Shown here piece by piece: positions 38,844-52,559 of a stretch of DNA of 64,000 nucleotides (positions are counted from its first letter, which is position 1; each line of letters begins with the position of its first letter). Position numbers and translations under genes: made by a program. The DNA is from Lama guanicoe (Eukaryota), in NCBI GenBank assembly GCA_013239625.1, contig MU054212.1, positions 1,612,001 through 1,676,000 of the forward strand, given 5' to 3'. The notes beneath the pieces were generated by a model. That model made no database searches. It worked only from the letters and a program-made list of their open reading frames with translations, and was not told where the DNA came from.

Positions 38844-39849
38844 AAATTATTGTCCACTTTCTTATCTTTTAATTAACCTGTGTTTTGCTAGCATTCACCA
38901 CACTTACTACCGCAGGCTATTCAACATTTCACAAAGTCCCTTCAGATTATTCCTGGGGGTTCTCAGGGAGTTTCGCTCATGGGCTCATGAATAACTACTG
39001 TCAGCTGCCAGGTGGTGTCCATCAGTTTTTGTTCTTATCTGCTCAGGCCCCCTTGATTGATACCTGCTGCTGAGACTTCTGCCTCCTGCCAAGAGTGTAG
39101 ACCTGCCTTGTCAATGACTGTGACAGCAGGCAAGTGTCCTCACAGGGACCCTGGTGCGCAGGGCTCCACCAGGGCTGAGGGGCATGGACACAGGCTGTGC
39201 TGTGCCCTCTGCACCCCCATGGGATGCCTCTCTCCCAGTATGTATGGTGCTTCCCTATACATGGGTCTCTAGGGGCCCTGATTAAAGCTTTTGATAAAGA
39301 GTAAAAATTTAAAAATTTCAGTTTTCATATACAGTCTTCCTTTCCACTAAGTACTCACCTCTCTCTTCCAATGATTTACCATCGGGGGAAAAATAACTCG
39401 CTTGTCTATCTGAGTCCCTCTTCCATCCAGGAATCTTTTCAGAAGTCTCGCAACCTGGCCTCTCAAGCTAGTAAGTTTCCAGTGGGCTGCCTGGAGCCAG
39501 TCCAACATGCCGAGCTGCCCGAGTGGAGATGGGTGCAGCGTGGTTCAAGCTGGAGCCCTTCCCACATTGGTTAGCTGGTCTAGACTGTAGCCATGAAATC
39601 GCTAGAATTATTTGTTTTTTCAATTTGAAAAGCTGTAATAAGTAACTGATAAAGCTTAGGCTTTAGAGCCTGAGGGTGCACGTTTTTCGTCATGAGATAT
39701 CCTGGCGAAATAAGACCACCCTATCTTTTAGTTCCTACCCCTTCTAGCCTTTCTGCAAAGCCAGGGTCATTGCAGGCTAGAAGTCACTACTGGCCCTTTC
39801 CACCACATCTCCCTGACCCCTGGTCTTGGGAAGGACTTCTTAACTTTCT

Positions 39850-40065
39850 CATCCCATTCTGCATTTCTTCTTGTAGCTTTTGTCATATCTGTAACCTAAA
39901 AACATTATTGTGTGATTCATTATTTAAGGCTCATCTTCCCCAGGAGAGCGTGGAGGGGATGACTCTGCCTATTTGTTTACTGCTGTATTTTCAGTATTGA
40001 GAGCTTCACCTGGCATTTGACACCTAATAGGAGCTCAGTAAGTATTTGCTGATAATTGCATGAAT
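39850..40065 (+). mobile_element. L2 3' end fragment
   Basis: 'cctggcatttgacacctaataggagctcagtaagtatttgctgataattgcatgaat'. Confidence 0.55.
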
Positions 40066-41589
40066 ATCTGAGATTCCACAATCATAAAATGGCTATGCTG
40101 AACTCAAAACTCTTGTTTTGGGGAAAACAAGTGAACTTGATTCTTTTCCTTTAGGTGGTTCCTTGGGGGTAAAGAGAAAATACGACTCTATGGGGATAGT
40201 TTCTCCATCACATGAAGTCATCTCAGGCTTCTGTACCTGTCTTTCCCCAGGATTACCACCCCCCAGAGAGTTGTAGTAGTTGGTGAGAATGTCTGGAGAA
40301 ATATAAGCAGGGCTATTCTCAGGCAAAATTATGAAGTTAGGGAATGTTTATTTTCAAGATGGAAAGCGTCCCAGCAATATTACACAAGCTCCTAGTATCA
40401 TCTTAAAAAATTCAAAATCCACAGAACCCACAGCTCTGGAAAATGGTTTTGCAGAAGCTATCATCACCAGTTCCTGACACATCCCGACTGGAAGTATCTT
40501 GTATCTCCTATAAATACATGTAAGCATATGCTTATGAACAAGTATTGTAGTTTTCTGAACCATATTCCTCCAAATCCCTGAAGATTTGCTTTAAACCACT
40601 ACTGCTCCCTCCCCAGAGTGGGACTTGCCACACCCTCCTTTAGCTGTCCACTTAGAAATATGCCAAACTGCTCCGCTAACATGCATGGCAAACTCCCTTC
40701 TCTGCAATGCTATATTGACACCATCGATTGTTTCCATTTGCAAAGTTTTAAGATCCAAGTAATAACTGATGGTACCAGTGAGATCTGCGCCTTAAGTAAA
40801 GTTATTAATTTGCCAAACATTTTGGTCTTATAGGAAGCAGAGAATAAGAGCTACAAATTACGGCAAATGTTTGTACCCCCTGGTCATGGTTGGTATATGG
40901 GGACAACTGGGAGGTATATCCTGAGGACTTGGAAATAAGATCACCCTCTGAATATTAAAATAGAATTTCAATATAATAGGTTAAAGCAGAAATGAGCAAG
41001 ATCATTTGATTTTGTCATTTTGTTTGAGACGGGCCATGTCTCCCTGGCCCACGTGGAACAGGCCTCCTAAAATTTTTATGTAATTACTTGTCACTAAATC
41101 ATCAGCTGGGTTCATCTGGGTTTTTGAGATTTAGCTAAAACTGCCACAGATCCCCTTTCCCATGCCCTGTGGTAGTTGCAAAGCCTTTGAGATCTCTGTG
41201 AGAACCCAGGAGTCTGGGTTCTTGTGGTCATTCTGGCTCTGAGCTTCTGTGCCTTGTCAACTCTTGACTGTGCTTGTGTTCCCGGTCTGGGGCTTATTCC
41301 CTCTCCTGTGCTCCCACCACTCTAACAACAACTGCACAAAGCCTTCGTGAGTGGACAACTTTACTGAAGTTTGGGGGTGAAGAAGAGATTTTACATCAGA
41401 GACAGGAAAACACTTAAGACTGGATGTACACGTTCATGGTCACTGAGATTCTATGAGAACACTCACTGGCAGTTTCTCTCTACTCACATTTTCCCGAAGA
41501 CTCAATGCTGCTGCCCTGGCCCCCTCCTCTCTGTGCAACTCTACCACTTTCTCTGTTTTCTCTTTTGCTCTCCTCTGTTCTTCATTTTT

Positions 41590-41870
41590 GTTTTATTTCT
41601 TTTTTTTTAACGTAGTTTTTCTGAATTACAAATTGCCCAAATAAAATCTATAAAAATACCTAGGTATATAGATTTAAGACATTTCACTTCTCTTTCCAGT
41701 ATGAGCTATTGCCAACATGTTGAAGTTTTGCTCATCTATTGGCAAAAAGTAGTATCACCTTGTGGCTATAATCTGTGTTTTTCTGATTACAAGTGAGGGT
41801 AATTTTTTCTACATTGTTCACTGGCCCTATGAGTTCCTTCTGTGAATCATGACTTTATATCTTTTGCACT
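41590..41870 (-). mobile_element. Old L1 (L1ME-like) 3' ORF2 fragment
   Basis: 'gcaaaaagtagtatcaccttgtggctataatctgtgtttttctgattacaagtgagg' is the reverse of the conserved L1 ORF2 C-terminal block. Confidence 0.55.
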
Positions 41871-44800
41871 AGAGGCTAATCACTTCTGGAGCCACTAGAG
41901 AATCAGATTTTTAGAGTTTATAAATGAATATCAAACCCAGGAGGTGGTCACTGGGCAAGTGCTCTCACGCTGTGGGGCCTCCCTGGTGACCCACTGGCAT
42001 TCTCCAGGAGACGTCCATCCAGCTCTTGTCTGCCACCTCCAGTAACAGTCATCTCCTTCTGATAAAGACCCTTAATTTCTGGTTGCTCCAAAATAGAATA
42101 AATCCTCACAACCTATCAATCTGGGGGAGCACTATGGCCAATGGATACTTTGTCAACATGTAGGCAGTCATCAGGGGTTCTAGAACTGACTCAAATTTTG
42201 GGTAGAATTGGTATTTGATTAGTAACCAATGGTGTTTGCTGCTGGTACAGGAGGACCATACTGTTGGGTTTGCCTGAGATAGCTCTGTTTCCAATGCCCT
42301 GGGGTCCCATCAGATAGTGTCTCCACTCTCTCTCACAAGTGTGCTGGTATGGATGCTAAATCACAAGGTCACCCTGTCTCTGCGTGGTCTTCAGCAAGGC
42401 ATTTGGTTTACAAACCCCTTACCACACAAATGATGGATAGACACTCATAGGCTGTGGCACTCTTTTTAAAAATGACAACTCTACTAGTTTTATAAAACTT
42501 GACAATGTGGTGGCAGCCTACAACTAAAGGTTTCTATCAAACACAGATTCAGAGAATTACAAAAATTTTAAGCTGACGTTAAAGATCATTTAATTCAGTG
42601 TGTTTTTTGAGGTCATTGTCTTTGAAAAACTGTTAAAAACTGAGGACATTCTCACAGTTGACAAACACCAATACACACACCAAAGATTTTCTACATCATT
42701 TCAGGGTGTCCACAAATCCTCTGAAACCCATCAGAAGGCCCAGCTGAAGAATTCTTGGTCTAATTCATGTTACAAAAGGAAGACACTGAGATTCAGAGAG
42801 GTTAAATGATGTATCAAAAAGCAGAACAGGTTAGAAGGAGAAATATACTTAGGGTCCCTTAATTTCTATTCAGTGCTTTTTTTTTTTTCATGGTTTCCCC
42901 TATGTTGCCAAGACTGTTCTGTTAGTGAGAAGTTAAAGCCGTTGAAGAGATTTCTGAATGGGATGTAATTAAGAACTTGGAATATTCTGCTTTTTAAAAG
43001 CAAAGTGTGAGCTGGCTCTGTTCTAGTGACTACTTCTCAAATCATTTATGGAGTTCTTGTTAATATATATGCAGTAATTCCTGCTGCTCAGCCTTTTTTT
43101 TTTTTTGTTGAAAGGACACTACAAAAACTTATGTCCCAACTTACTTGCTGCTATTCTTTGTGCATCCCTTGTTTAGGCCACCAGAGCTCTTTCTTCAGCA
43201 ATGTATCCTTTTAGTCTTGTTCTTGCTCACTTTAATTTCCTTTCTCTAAATATTTCTGCCCATCCAGTAAGATGTTTTCAGTGGTGAATTCACTTTATCT
43301 TTCTGGTTTTCTTAACTCCCATAGCAGAGGTTGCAGTCCTTTCCCTCTGCCTCTATAATGCTTTGAGAGATTTCAGTTACGACAAGGGATATATTGCATT
43401 GATTGCTTTATTTATCCCTTTCTTACCTCATAACCCAACAACTAAATTGTGAGTTTTGCAGGGGCCAGGACGGTATCTAATCCAGGTCTGCATACTAGCA
43501 GCTAGGCCAGTGTTTAGCATGTAGAATATCCTCCAAATGTTTGTTGAATGATATGAACAAATAAATCCTCATTTTTTTTACATCCCTATTGATCAAATAG
43601 AAGCTAAGTAAGGACTAGCACATGCTTCCCTTGCTTTCATAGGGTTTACTGTTTATTGCTTTAGCTTTTCTTCTGTTTTATAGGTCAAGGCAGCATCTTA
43701 GAGACCTGGCGGTCCTTTTTCTCTTCTTCAGGATTAAGTCTGTTAAAAAAACAAACAAAAAAACTTGATCTGCAATGCTTACTGTCACAGTTTGGGAGGG
43801 AGTCAAAAATACTGGTGGATAAATTGCTGTGCATCCCAGAGGGAAAGCACATGAAATCCTTGCCAAATTTCTATGGCCTGGGGCACCATAAAAGATCTTT
43901 TTTTCCTTCCCAGGTATCTGTGTCAAAAAGAGTTTGCCAGGGAGCCAAGATCTTCATCTGTTTATGGTTTTATGACTGATGAAAAATGCAGGTTCATTAG
44001 AAACTAATTACTGGTTTCATGGCAATATTTATCATAAAAGCTAATTTGATGTTCCAGAAGTCACTTTGGGGGCTAGCTGAGCCCATTACTAAGAAGTATT
44101 ATAAAGTTTTTTTTCTCTTTTAAAGTTACACAAATACTTCACTAACAAACCGAAACCAATTGGGGAAGACAATAGACTAGCATGGCCTGACATCTCAATG
44201 GTTTCCATCTGGCCTGTGTAATTTCTGAAATAGTTTGTTTCAAAAGCATTCCTCTCTACTTAGAGGAAGATGTTTCAAAGGTTCATGTATGGAAAATTTG
44301 ATTGAGTGTGCTTTTTTGTGTATCCTTAAGAACTGATGATTTTAAAATGCAGTTAAATAGCTTACTTGCACAAGAGATATAAAGATATATTCAAATAGAA
44401 TCACATGTCCTAAATTTCAAGATCTATGAACTATTTGCCAACTCCTATGTTTTCCTACTATTGCTTTTGCCTTCTTTTCATATATTGCTGCCCTCTAAAC
44501 GTGAACCTATTTGCATTTATACTTTCTTCACTTATTCATCCAACAAATAAGTGCTGATGGTACATAGGATTTTATTTCATGGATTATATTTAGTTTTGGA
44601 GAGAAGATGCATGAGACCTCACAAAACAGACTTTAAATCAAAAAAAGGTTACAAGAGACAAAGAAGGAAATTATATGTTAATAAGGCATTCAATACAGCA
44701 AGAAGATATAACAATTATAAATATTTATGTTCCTAATGACAGATCATGAAAAATATGAAGCAAAAACTGATAGAACTGAAGGGAGAAATAGACAATTCTA

Positions 44801-46977
44801 CAATGTTAGTTGGAGACTTCAATACTCCACTTTGAATAATAGCTAGAACAAGCAGACAGAAGATAAGTGAGGAAATAGAAGACCTAAACAACACAATAAA
44901 TCAACTATCTAACAGACATGTCCAGAACACTACATAGCAACAACACATTCGTCTCAAATGCACATGAGACATTTTCCAGAATAGACTATATGTTAGGCCA
45001 CAGATTAAATCTCAATAGATTTAAAGAAGTAGTAGATATGATACAAAGTACCTTCTCCAACTACAGTGGGATAAATTAGAAATCAATAACTGAAGTAAAA
45101 CTGGAAAATTCACAAAATTGTGGAGATTAGACAGTGGACTCTAAAGCAACCAGCGGATCAAAGAAGAAATCACAAGTGAAATTGGAAAATACTTAGAGAT
45201 GAATGAGAATGAAAATACAGCATACTACAACTTGTGAGATGTGGCAAAGCAGGACTAAAGGGGAAATTTATAACTACAAATACTTACATTTAAAAAACAA
45301 AGATGATCTCAAACCAACAATCTAATTTTACAATTTAAGGAACTAGAAAAAGAAGAACAAACTAAACCCAAAACTAGCAGAAGTAAGGAAATAATAAGAA
45401 TTAGAGCAGAGAGAAATAAAATAGAGAATAGAAAAACAATAGAGAAAATCAATGAAAACAAAAGTTGTTTCTTTGAAAAGACTAATCAAATTAAATCTTA
45501 ACTAGATCAACTAAGAATAAAAGAGAAGACTCAAATTACTGAAATTGGAAATGAAATTGATAATTCTACAGAAATAAAAAGGATTATGAGAGTACTATGA
45601 ACAACTGTACATCAACAAATTGGATAATGTAGGTAAAATGCACACATTTCTAGAAAAACAAGACCTCCTAAGGCTAAATCATGAAGAATTAGAAAATCTG
45701 AATAGACCTATAACTAGTATGAAGATTGAATTGCTAATCAGAAATCTTCCAATAAATAAAAGTACTAGACTTGAAGACTTCACTGGTGAATCTATGAAAC
45801 ATTTAAAGGAGAACTAATATCAATAATTCTCAAAATTTTCCAAAAAACTAAAGCAGAGGCAAAACTTCCTAACTCATCCTGAGGCCAGCACTACCCTGAT
45901 ACCAAAGCCAGACAAAGATACTCCAAGAAAACTACAGACCAATATCCCTTATGAATATTGATGCAGAAGTCCTCAACAAAATACTAGCAAACTTAATTCA
46001 GCATATTAAAAGGATTATACACCACAACAAAGTGTGACTTATTCCAGAATACAAGGATTGTTCAACATACAAAAAATTAATTAATGTAATACACAACATT
46101 AATAGAATAAAGAAAAAAACAGATGCTTATCTCAATGCAGAAAATTCAACACCTTTTCATCATAAAAACACTCAATGAACTAGAAATAGAAGGAAACTAC
46201 CTCAAAACAATAAAAGCCATGTATGAAAAAAAAAAAAAAACAGCCAACATACTCAATAATGAAAGAGCGAAAGCTTTCCCTCTAAGATCAGGAACATAGC
46301 AAGAATGCCACATTTGCCACTTCTATTTAACAAAGTATTGGACATTCTATTCAGAACAATTAGTCAAGAAAGAGAAATAAAATTTATTGAAATTGGAAAG
46401 AAAGAAGTAAAATTATCTCTGCTTGTAGATATGATCTTATATGTAGAAACCTGAAGATGTCACAAAATCCATTAGAACTAATAAATGAATTCAGCAAAGT
46501 ACCAGGATACAAAGTCATTATGTAAAAGTCAGTTGCATTTTTATACACTATTAACAATCAGAAAAAAAAATTATGAAAACTTGGTTTACAATAGCTTCAA
46601 AAAGAATGTAATACTTAAGAATTAATTTAATCAAGGAGGTGAAAGATTTGCACAATGAAAATTACAAAACTTTGCTAGAAGAAATTAAGACACAAATAAA
46701 TAGAAACACACCCTATGTTCATGGATTGGAACACTTAATATTGTTAAAATGTCAGTAACACTCAAAGCAATCTACAGATTGAATGCAATCCCTATTAAAA
46801 TCCTATTTTTTTTTGCAGAAATAGAAAAAAAAACTATTCTAAAATTCATATGGAAAAGAGAAATGAACTTATATGTAAAACAGAAACAGACTCACAAACA
46901 TAGAATACAGACTTGTGGTTGCCAGAGGGGAGGAGGGTGGGAAGGGATAAACTGGGAGATCAAGATTTGCAGATACT

Positions 46978-49900
46978 CCCACTAGCTAAAAGAATTAGAA
47001 AAAGAAGAGCAAAAAACCCCAAAAGGCAGCAGAAGGAAGGAAATAATAAAGATCAGGGAGGAAATAAATAAAATAGAGATTTAAAAAACCATTGAAAAAA
47101 TCAATCAAACCAAGAGCTCGTTTTTTGAAAAAGTAAATAAAATCAACAAACCTCTGGCCAAACTCACAAAGAAGAAAAAAGAGAGAGCACAAATAAGCAA
47201 AATAAGAAAGGAAAATGGAGAAATTACAACAAATAAAATAGAAATACGGAATATCATATGAGAACATTATGAAAAACTATATGGAACCAAAATGGATAAC
47301 CTAGAGGAGATGGACAAATTTCTGGAAACATACAGTCCACCAAGACTGAACCAAGAAGAAACTGAATGCTTGAACAAACTGATCACTAGAAATGAAATCA
47401 AATTAGCAATAAAAAACCTCCCTACAAATAAAAGTCCAGGACCGGATGCTTTCACTGGGGAATTCTACCAAACATACAAAGAAGAACTCATACCAGTCCT
47501 TCTCAAACTCTTCCAGAAGATTGAAAAGGAGGGAATACTCCTAAACTCATTCTACGAAGCCACCATCACCCTGATACCAAAACCAGGCAAAGACACTACC
47601 AAAAAAGAGAATTATAGGCCAATATTACTGATGAACATCGATGCAAAAATCCTCACCAAAATATTAGCAAATAGAATCCAACAGCACATAAAAAAAGATT
47701 ATACATCATGACCAAGTGGGGTTCATCCCAGGGACACAAGGCTGGTTCAACATACGCAAATCAATCAATGTAATACATCACATCAACAAGAGAAAGGACA
47801 AAAACCACATGATCATCTCAATAGATGCAGAAAAAGCATTTGATAAAATTCAACACCCATTTATGATAAAAACTCTCACCAAAGTGGGTACAGAGGAAAC
47901 ATATCTCAACGTAATAAAAGCTATATATGACAAACCTACAGCAAGCATAGTACTCAACAGTGAAAACTCAAAAGCTTCCCACTAAAATCTGGGACAAGAC
48001 AAGGATGCCCACTATCACCACTCCTATTCGACAAAGTCTTGGAAGTCCTAGCCACAGCAATCAGGCAAGATACAGAAATAAAAGGGATCCAATTGGAAAA
48101 GAAGAGATAAAAGTGTCACTATATGCCAATGACATGTTACTATATATAGAAAGCCCTAAAAGGTCCACACAAAAACTTCTAGAGCTGATCGAAGAATTCA
48201 GCAAGGTAATAGGTTACAAGATTAATGTTCAAAAATCAGTTGCATTTACACTAACAATGAATCAACAGAAAAAGAAAGTAAAGAAACAATCCCCTTTAAA
48301 ATAGCACCCAAAGTAATAAAATACCTAGGAATAAATCTAACCAAGGAGGTGAAAGAATTATACACAGAAAACTATAAACCATTGATGAAGGAAATTAAAG
48401 AAGACTTTAAAAAATGGAAAGATATCCCATGCTCTTGGATTGGAAGAATCAATATTGTTAAAATGGTCACACTGCCCAAGGCAATCTACAGATTTAATGC
48501 AATCCCTATCAAATTACCCAGGACATATTTCACAGAACTAGAACAAATCATGATAAAATTTATATGGAACCACCAAAGACCTAGAATTGCCAAAGCATTA
48601 CTAAAGAAAAAGAAAGAGGCTGGAGGAATAACTCTCCCAGACTTCAGACAATACTGTAGAGCTACAGTCATCAAGACAGCATGGTATTGGTACCAAAACA
48701 GACATACAGACCAATGGAACAGAATAGAGAGCCCAGAAATGAACCCACAAACTTTTGGTCAACTAATCTTCGACAAAGGAGGCAAGAACATACAATAGAA
48801 TTAAGACAGTCTCTTAAGCAAATGGTGTTGGGGAAACTGAACAGCAGCATGTAAATCAGTGAAGCTAGAGCACTCCCTTACACCATACACAAAAATCAAC
48901 TCAAAATGGATCAAAGACTTAAACATAAGACAAGATACAATAAACCTCCTAGAAGAAAATATAGGCAAAACATTATCTCACATACATCTCAAAAATGTTC
49001 TCCTAGAACAATCTACCTAAGCAACAGAAATAAAAGCAAGAATAAACAAATGGGACCTAATGAAACTTACAAGCTTCTGCAAGAAACCATAAGTAAAACA
49101 AAAAGACAGCCTACAGAATGGGAGAAAATTTTTGCAAATGAAACCAACAAAGGCTTGATCTCCAGAATATATAAGCAGCTCATACGACTTAATAAGAAAA
49201 AAACAAACAACCCAATCCAAAAATGGGCAGAAGACCTAAACAAGCAATTCTCCAAGGAAGAAATACAAATGATCAATAGGCACATGAAAAAAATGTTCAA
49301 TATGACTAATTATCAGAGAAATGCAAATCATAACTACAATGAGGTATCACCTCACACCAGTCAAAATGGCCATCATTCACAAATGACAAAATCCACAAAT
49401 GACAAATGCTGGAGAGGCTGTAGAGAAAGGGGAACCCTCCTACCTTGCTGATGGGAATGCAGTTTGGTACAGCCACTGTGGAAAACAGTATGGAGATTTC
49501 TCAAAAGACTAGGAATAGCTTTAACATATGACCCAGGAATCCCACTCCGGGGCATATTTCCAGAAGGAACCCTACTTCAGAAGGACATCTGCACCCCAGT
49601 GTTCATAGCAGCACTATTTACAATAGCCAAGACATGGAAACAGCCTAAATGTCCATCAACTGATGACTGGATAAAGAAGAAGTGGTATATTTATACAATG
49701 GAATACTATTCAGCCATAAATACGACAACATAACGCCATTTGCAGCAACATGGATGCTCCTGGAGAATGTCATTCTAAGTGAAGTAAGCCAGAAAGAGAA
49801 AGAAAAATACCATATGAGATCGCTCATATGTGGAATCTAAAGAAAACAAACAAACAAAACATAAATACAAAACAGAAACAGACTCATAGACATAGAATAC

Positions 49901-50152
49901 AAACTTGTGGTTGCCCAAGGGGGTGAGAGGTGGGAAGGGATAGACTGGGATTTCAAAATGTAGAATAGATAAACAAGATTATACTGTATAGCACAGGGAA
50001 ATATAAACAAGATCTTATGGTAGCTCACAGAGAAAAAAATGTGACAATGAATATATGTATGTTCATGTATAACCTGAAAAATTGTGCTCTACACTGGAAT
50101 TTGACACAACATTGTAAAATGATTATAAATCAATAAAAAGTGTTAAAAAAAA
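46978..50152 (+). mobile_element. Young 5'-truncated LINE-1 (~3.2 kb; RT-containing ORF2 part + 3'UTR + poly-A), inner layer
   Basis: ORF pieces 47292-49733 give ORF2p sequence ([73 protein letters not shown]). TSD aagatttgcag(a/g)tact at 46962-46977 and 50153-50168. Confidence 0.95.
47292..49733 (+). pseudogene. Disrupted L1 ORF2 (reverse transcriptase) coding remnant
   Basis: Split over at least 6 ORFs by frameshifts and stops. The catalytic (F/Y)ADD motif reads YAND at 48122-48133. Confidence 0.9.
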
Positions 50153-51329
50153 AAGATTTGCAGGTACTGACTGGTATATAAATAGATAAACAAGTTTATA
50201 CTGTACAGCACAGGGAAATATATTTAATATCTTGCAGTAGCTTATGGTGAAAAAGAATATGAAAGTGAATATATGTATATTCATGTATGACTGAAGCATT
50301 GTGCTGTACACCAGAAATTAACACAACATTGTAAACTGAACTATACATCAACAACAACAAAAGAAATAAAGTAAAATAAAATAAAATTCACATGGAATCT
50401 CAGGGAACCCTGACTAGCCAAAACAATCTTGAAAAAGAAGAACAAAGCTGAAAGAATCAAACTTCTAGATTTTAAAACTTACTGCAAAGTTGTCATAATC
50501 AAAACAGTGTGGTGCTGGCATAAAGACAGATATATAGACCAATGGAATAGAATAGAGAGCATAGAAGCAAACCCTTGTATATATGGTCAAATGATTTTGA
50601 CATGGATGTCAAGACCATTCAATGGGTAAAAGACAGTTTTTGTTTTTGTTTTTTCCAGTAAATGGTGCTGGGAAAACTAGATATCTACATGCAAGAGAAA
50701 GAAGTTGGACCCTTATCTTACACCATATACCAAAATTAACTCAAAATGGATTAAATACTGAGTATAGGAGTTAAACCAATAAAACTCTTAGAAGAAAACA
50801 TAGGACAAAAGCTTCACAACACTGTGTTTGACAATGATTTCTCAAATAAGACACCAAAGGCACAGACAACAAAAGAAGAAAAAAAAAACAGACAGATTGG
50901 ACTTAATGAATATTAAAAAAAAAGTGAAAAGTGCTAAAATGAAGACTCAGAGGTAGGGTTAGTGACATACAGATTTCATAAGGAAAAAAACCCCACCCGA
51001 CTTTTCCATATCATGCTGGAAGAAAAATCTGTGGCTACTAGTTGTAATTATTTGCCTTCTCCTTGATTTTGGCACTCAAGGCAATTTTACAGGGTCTCAT
51101 GCTTCTTATCTTTGCTGGAAGATTTTCTTTTTACAAATCTATGCATGCTATTTAATGACCTTGGCAAAGACATGTCCATAGTTTGACTCTTGCAAATATA
51201 TTTTCCTAAAAGAAGATCGCATTAGAGGTGCCGAGATTTTCTCATGTCATGCCTTATAAAACTCTTGGGTTTCTGTCTGCCTTTAAATTCTGCTTTTGTG
51301 TTGTGTCATCTGTTGACACCAGAGATAGG

Positions 51330-51490
51330 CTACAAAGAACAAGTACTAGATGGGGAAAGGAGATGTCATAAGTCTCAATTCTAGATTTACCACCAACCAG
51401 CTGTGTGTTCTTGGGCAGACCATCAAACGTCTCTGGACATTGGGTGTGAGATTGGGGAACTTCTAGGCTCCTTTTAGGTCCTAAACTATA
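51330..51490 (+). mobile_element. MIR SINE fragment
   Basis: 'caccaaccagctgtgtgttcttgggcagaccatcaaacgtctctggac'. Confidence 0.55.
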
Positions 51491-52559
51491 TGAGTTGTTA
51501 TTAAGAATCATTATATGGTTTAAAAGACATCCTAGGAGAGTTTATTTTAACAAAAAATATTGAAGTAGCTATACCTTTCCTCTGACATTAAGAGGCTTTA
51601 GATGTTCACAGGTAAAACCTTTGAGGTCAGGACTCATGTCTTACCATCTTAACCCCCCTGTTGTGCCCAGCAAGGTGCCCTGCACTTAGCAAACACTGTG
51701 TCTATTGATTGTTGGATGAAAGAACAACTTTCCTTCCAAAAGGAGCTGTGTTTTCTACAAAGAGAAACGTTTCTGTCACACTTGGGAAAGGCTGGTCATT
51801 GTGAAGGGCTCTTTCTCACATTAGAAGCAGCTTTCAGTACAATGTGCTGTGGTTGTATCCCAGCCTGAGACATTAAATTCCTTGACTGCAGGGACCACAC
51901 TATTCAGCTCTGCACACCCCACAGTGCCTAGCACAGGGCTTGGCAAATGGTAGGGGCCTCAATTAATCTATTTCAATTGAATTTAGTCAACTTTAAAAGC
52001 CATTTGTCTTCATCAAATCACTCTCTCTCCATTCTTTCATTCAGCTTTGCAAATGTGTAAAAAATTTCTGAGCTTCTGTTTCACTTGTCAAAATACATTG
52101 GTGGCATTTAGATTTCCAATAACAGTTAAGCTTGTATAGACACCTGGTCTTTTTTAAGACCACTTCTCTTCCTATTACTCCCATGATCACAGGGAGAAGA
52201 AAAAGCAAAAAGCAAAAAGCAAAGCAAAAACAAAACCAACCCAAAAAACAAACTAAAAAAAGCCCATCACTGAAGCATCCCCTGAGAGTCACTGCAAGTT
52301 CGACTGCCATGAACATGAGCTAGAACAGAGCACAAAGACAGAGGGTGGGATTGCTGTCAGATTGGCTGTCTTATTCCTGTTAACTGTGGGGGCCAAGTCC
52401 TCTGGCCCTGATTTGTTTTAAGATTGAAGTGCCCATGCTGATGGGGAAGTGGTCCTCTGGATGAAATCCAAGGATGTCCCCCAGGAAACAGGCATCTCTC
52501 CCAGTGCCTCCAACATTGTTTGCGTCATGCATCTATACACAATGGACAGGTGAAGTGAA

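Larger units (their letters stand above)
46856..50382 (+). mobile_element. Short L1 3'UTR-only insertion (46856-46977 + 50153-50382), middle layer of the nest
   Basis: L1 3'UTR sequence ('aaacagactcacaaacatagaatacagacttgtggttgcc...') with an A-rich tail. TSD aaaattca(t/c)atggaa at 46841-46855 and 50383-50397. Confidence 0.85.
44620..50930 (+). mobile_element. Old LINE-1 ORF2 fragment (outer element: ~44620-46855 and 50383-~50930), interrupted by two younger insertions
   Basis: Degraded endonuclease, Z and RT regions (ORFs 45620-45817, 46749-). The frame resumes at 50429 with '[43 protein letters not shown]'. Many stops and frameshifts. Confidence 0.9.

Noticed and set aside
24960..46855. Idea that the ORF1-only L1 (25-27 kb) and the ORF2-only L1 (44.6 kb on) are halves of one element
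   Set aside because: They are separated by ~17.7 kb containing older MIR/L2 and unique DNA, with no shared TSD. Independent fragments are more parsimonious.
45560..48600. Apparent tandem duplication of the L1 RT region
   Set aside because: It is explained by nested insertion of a younger L1, as shown by the two TSD pairs.
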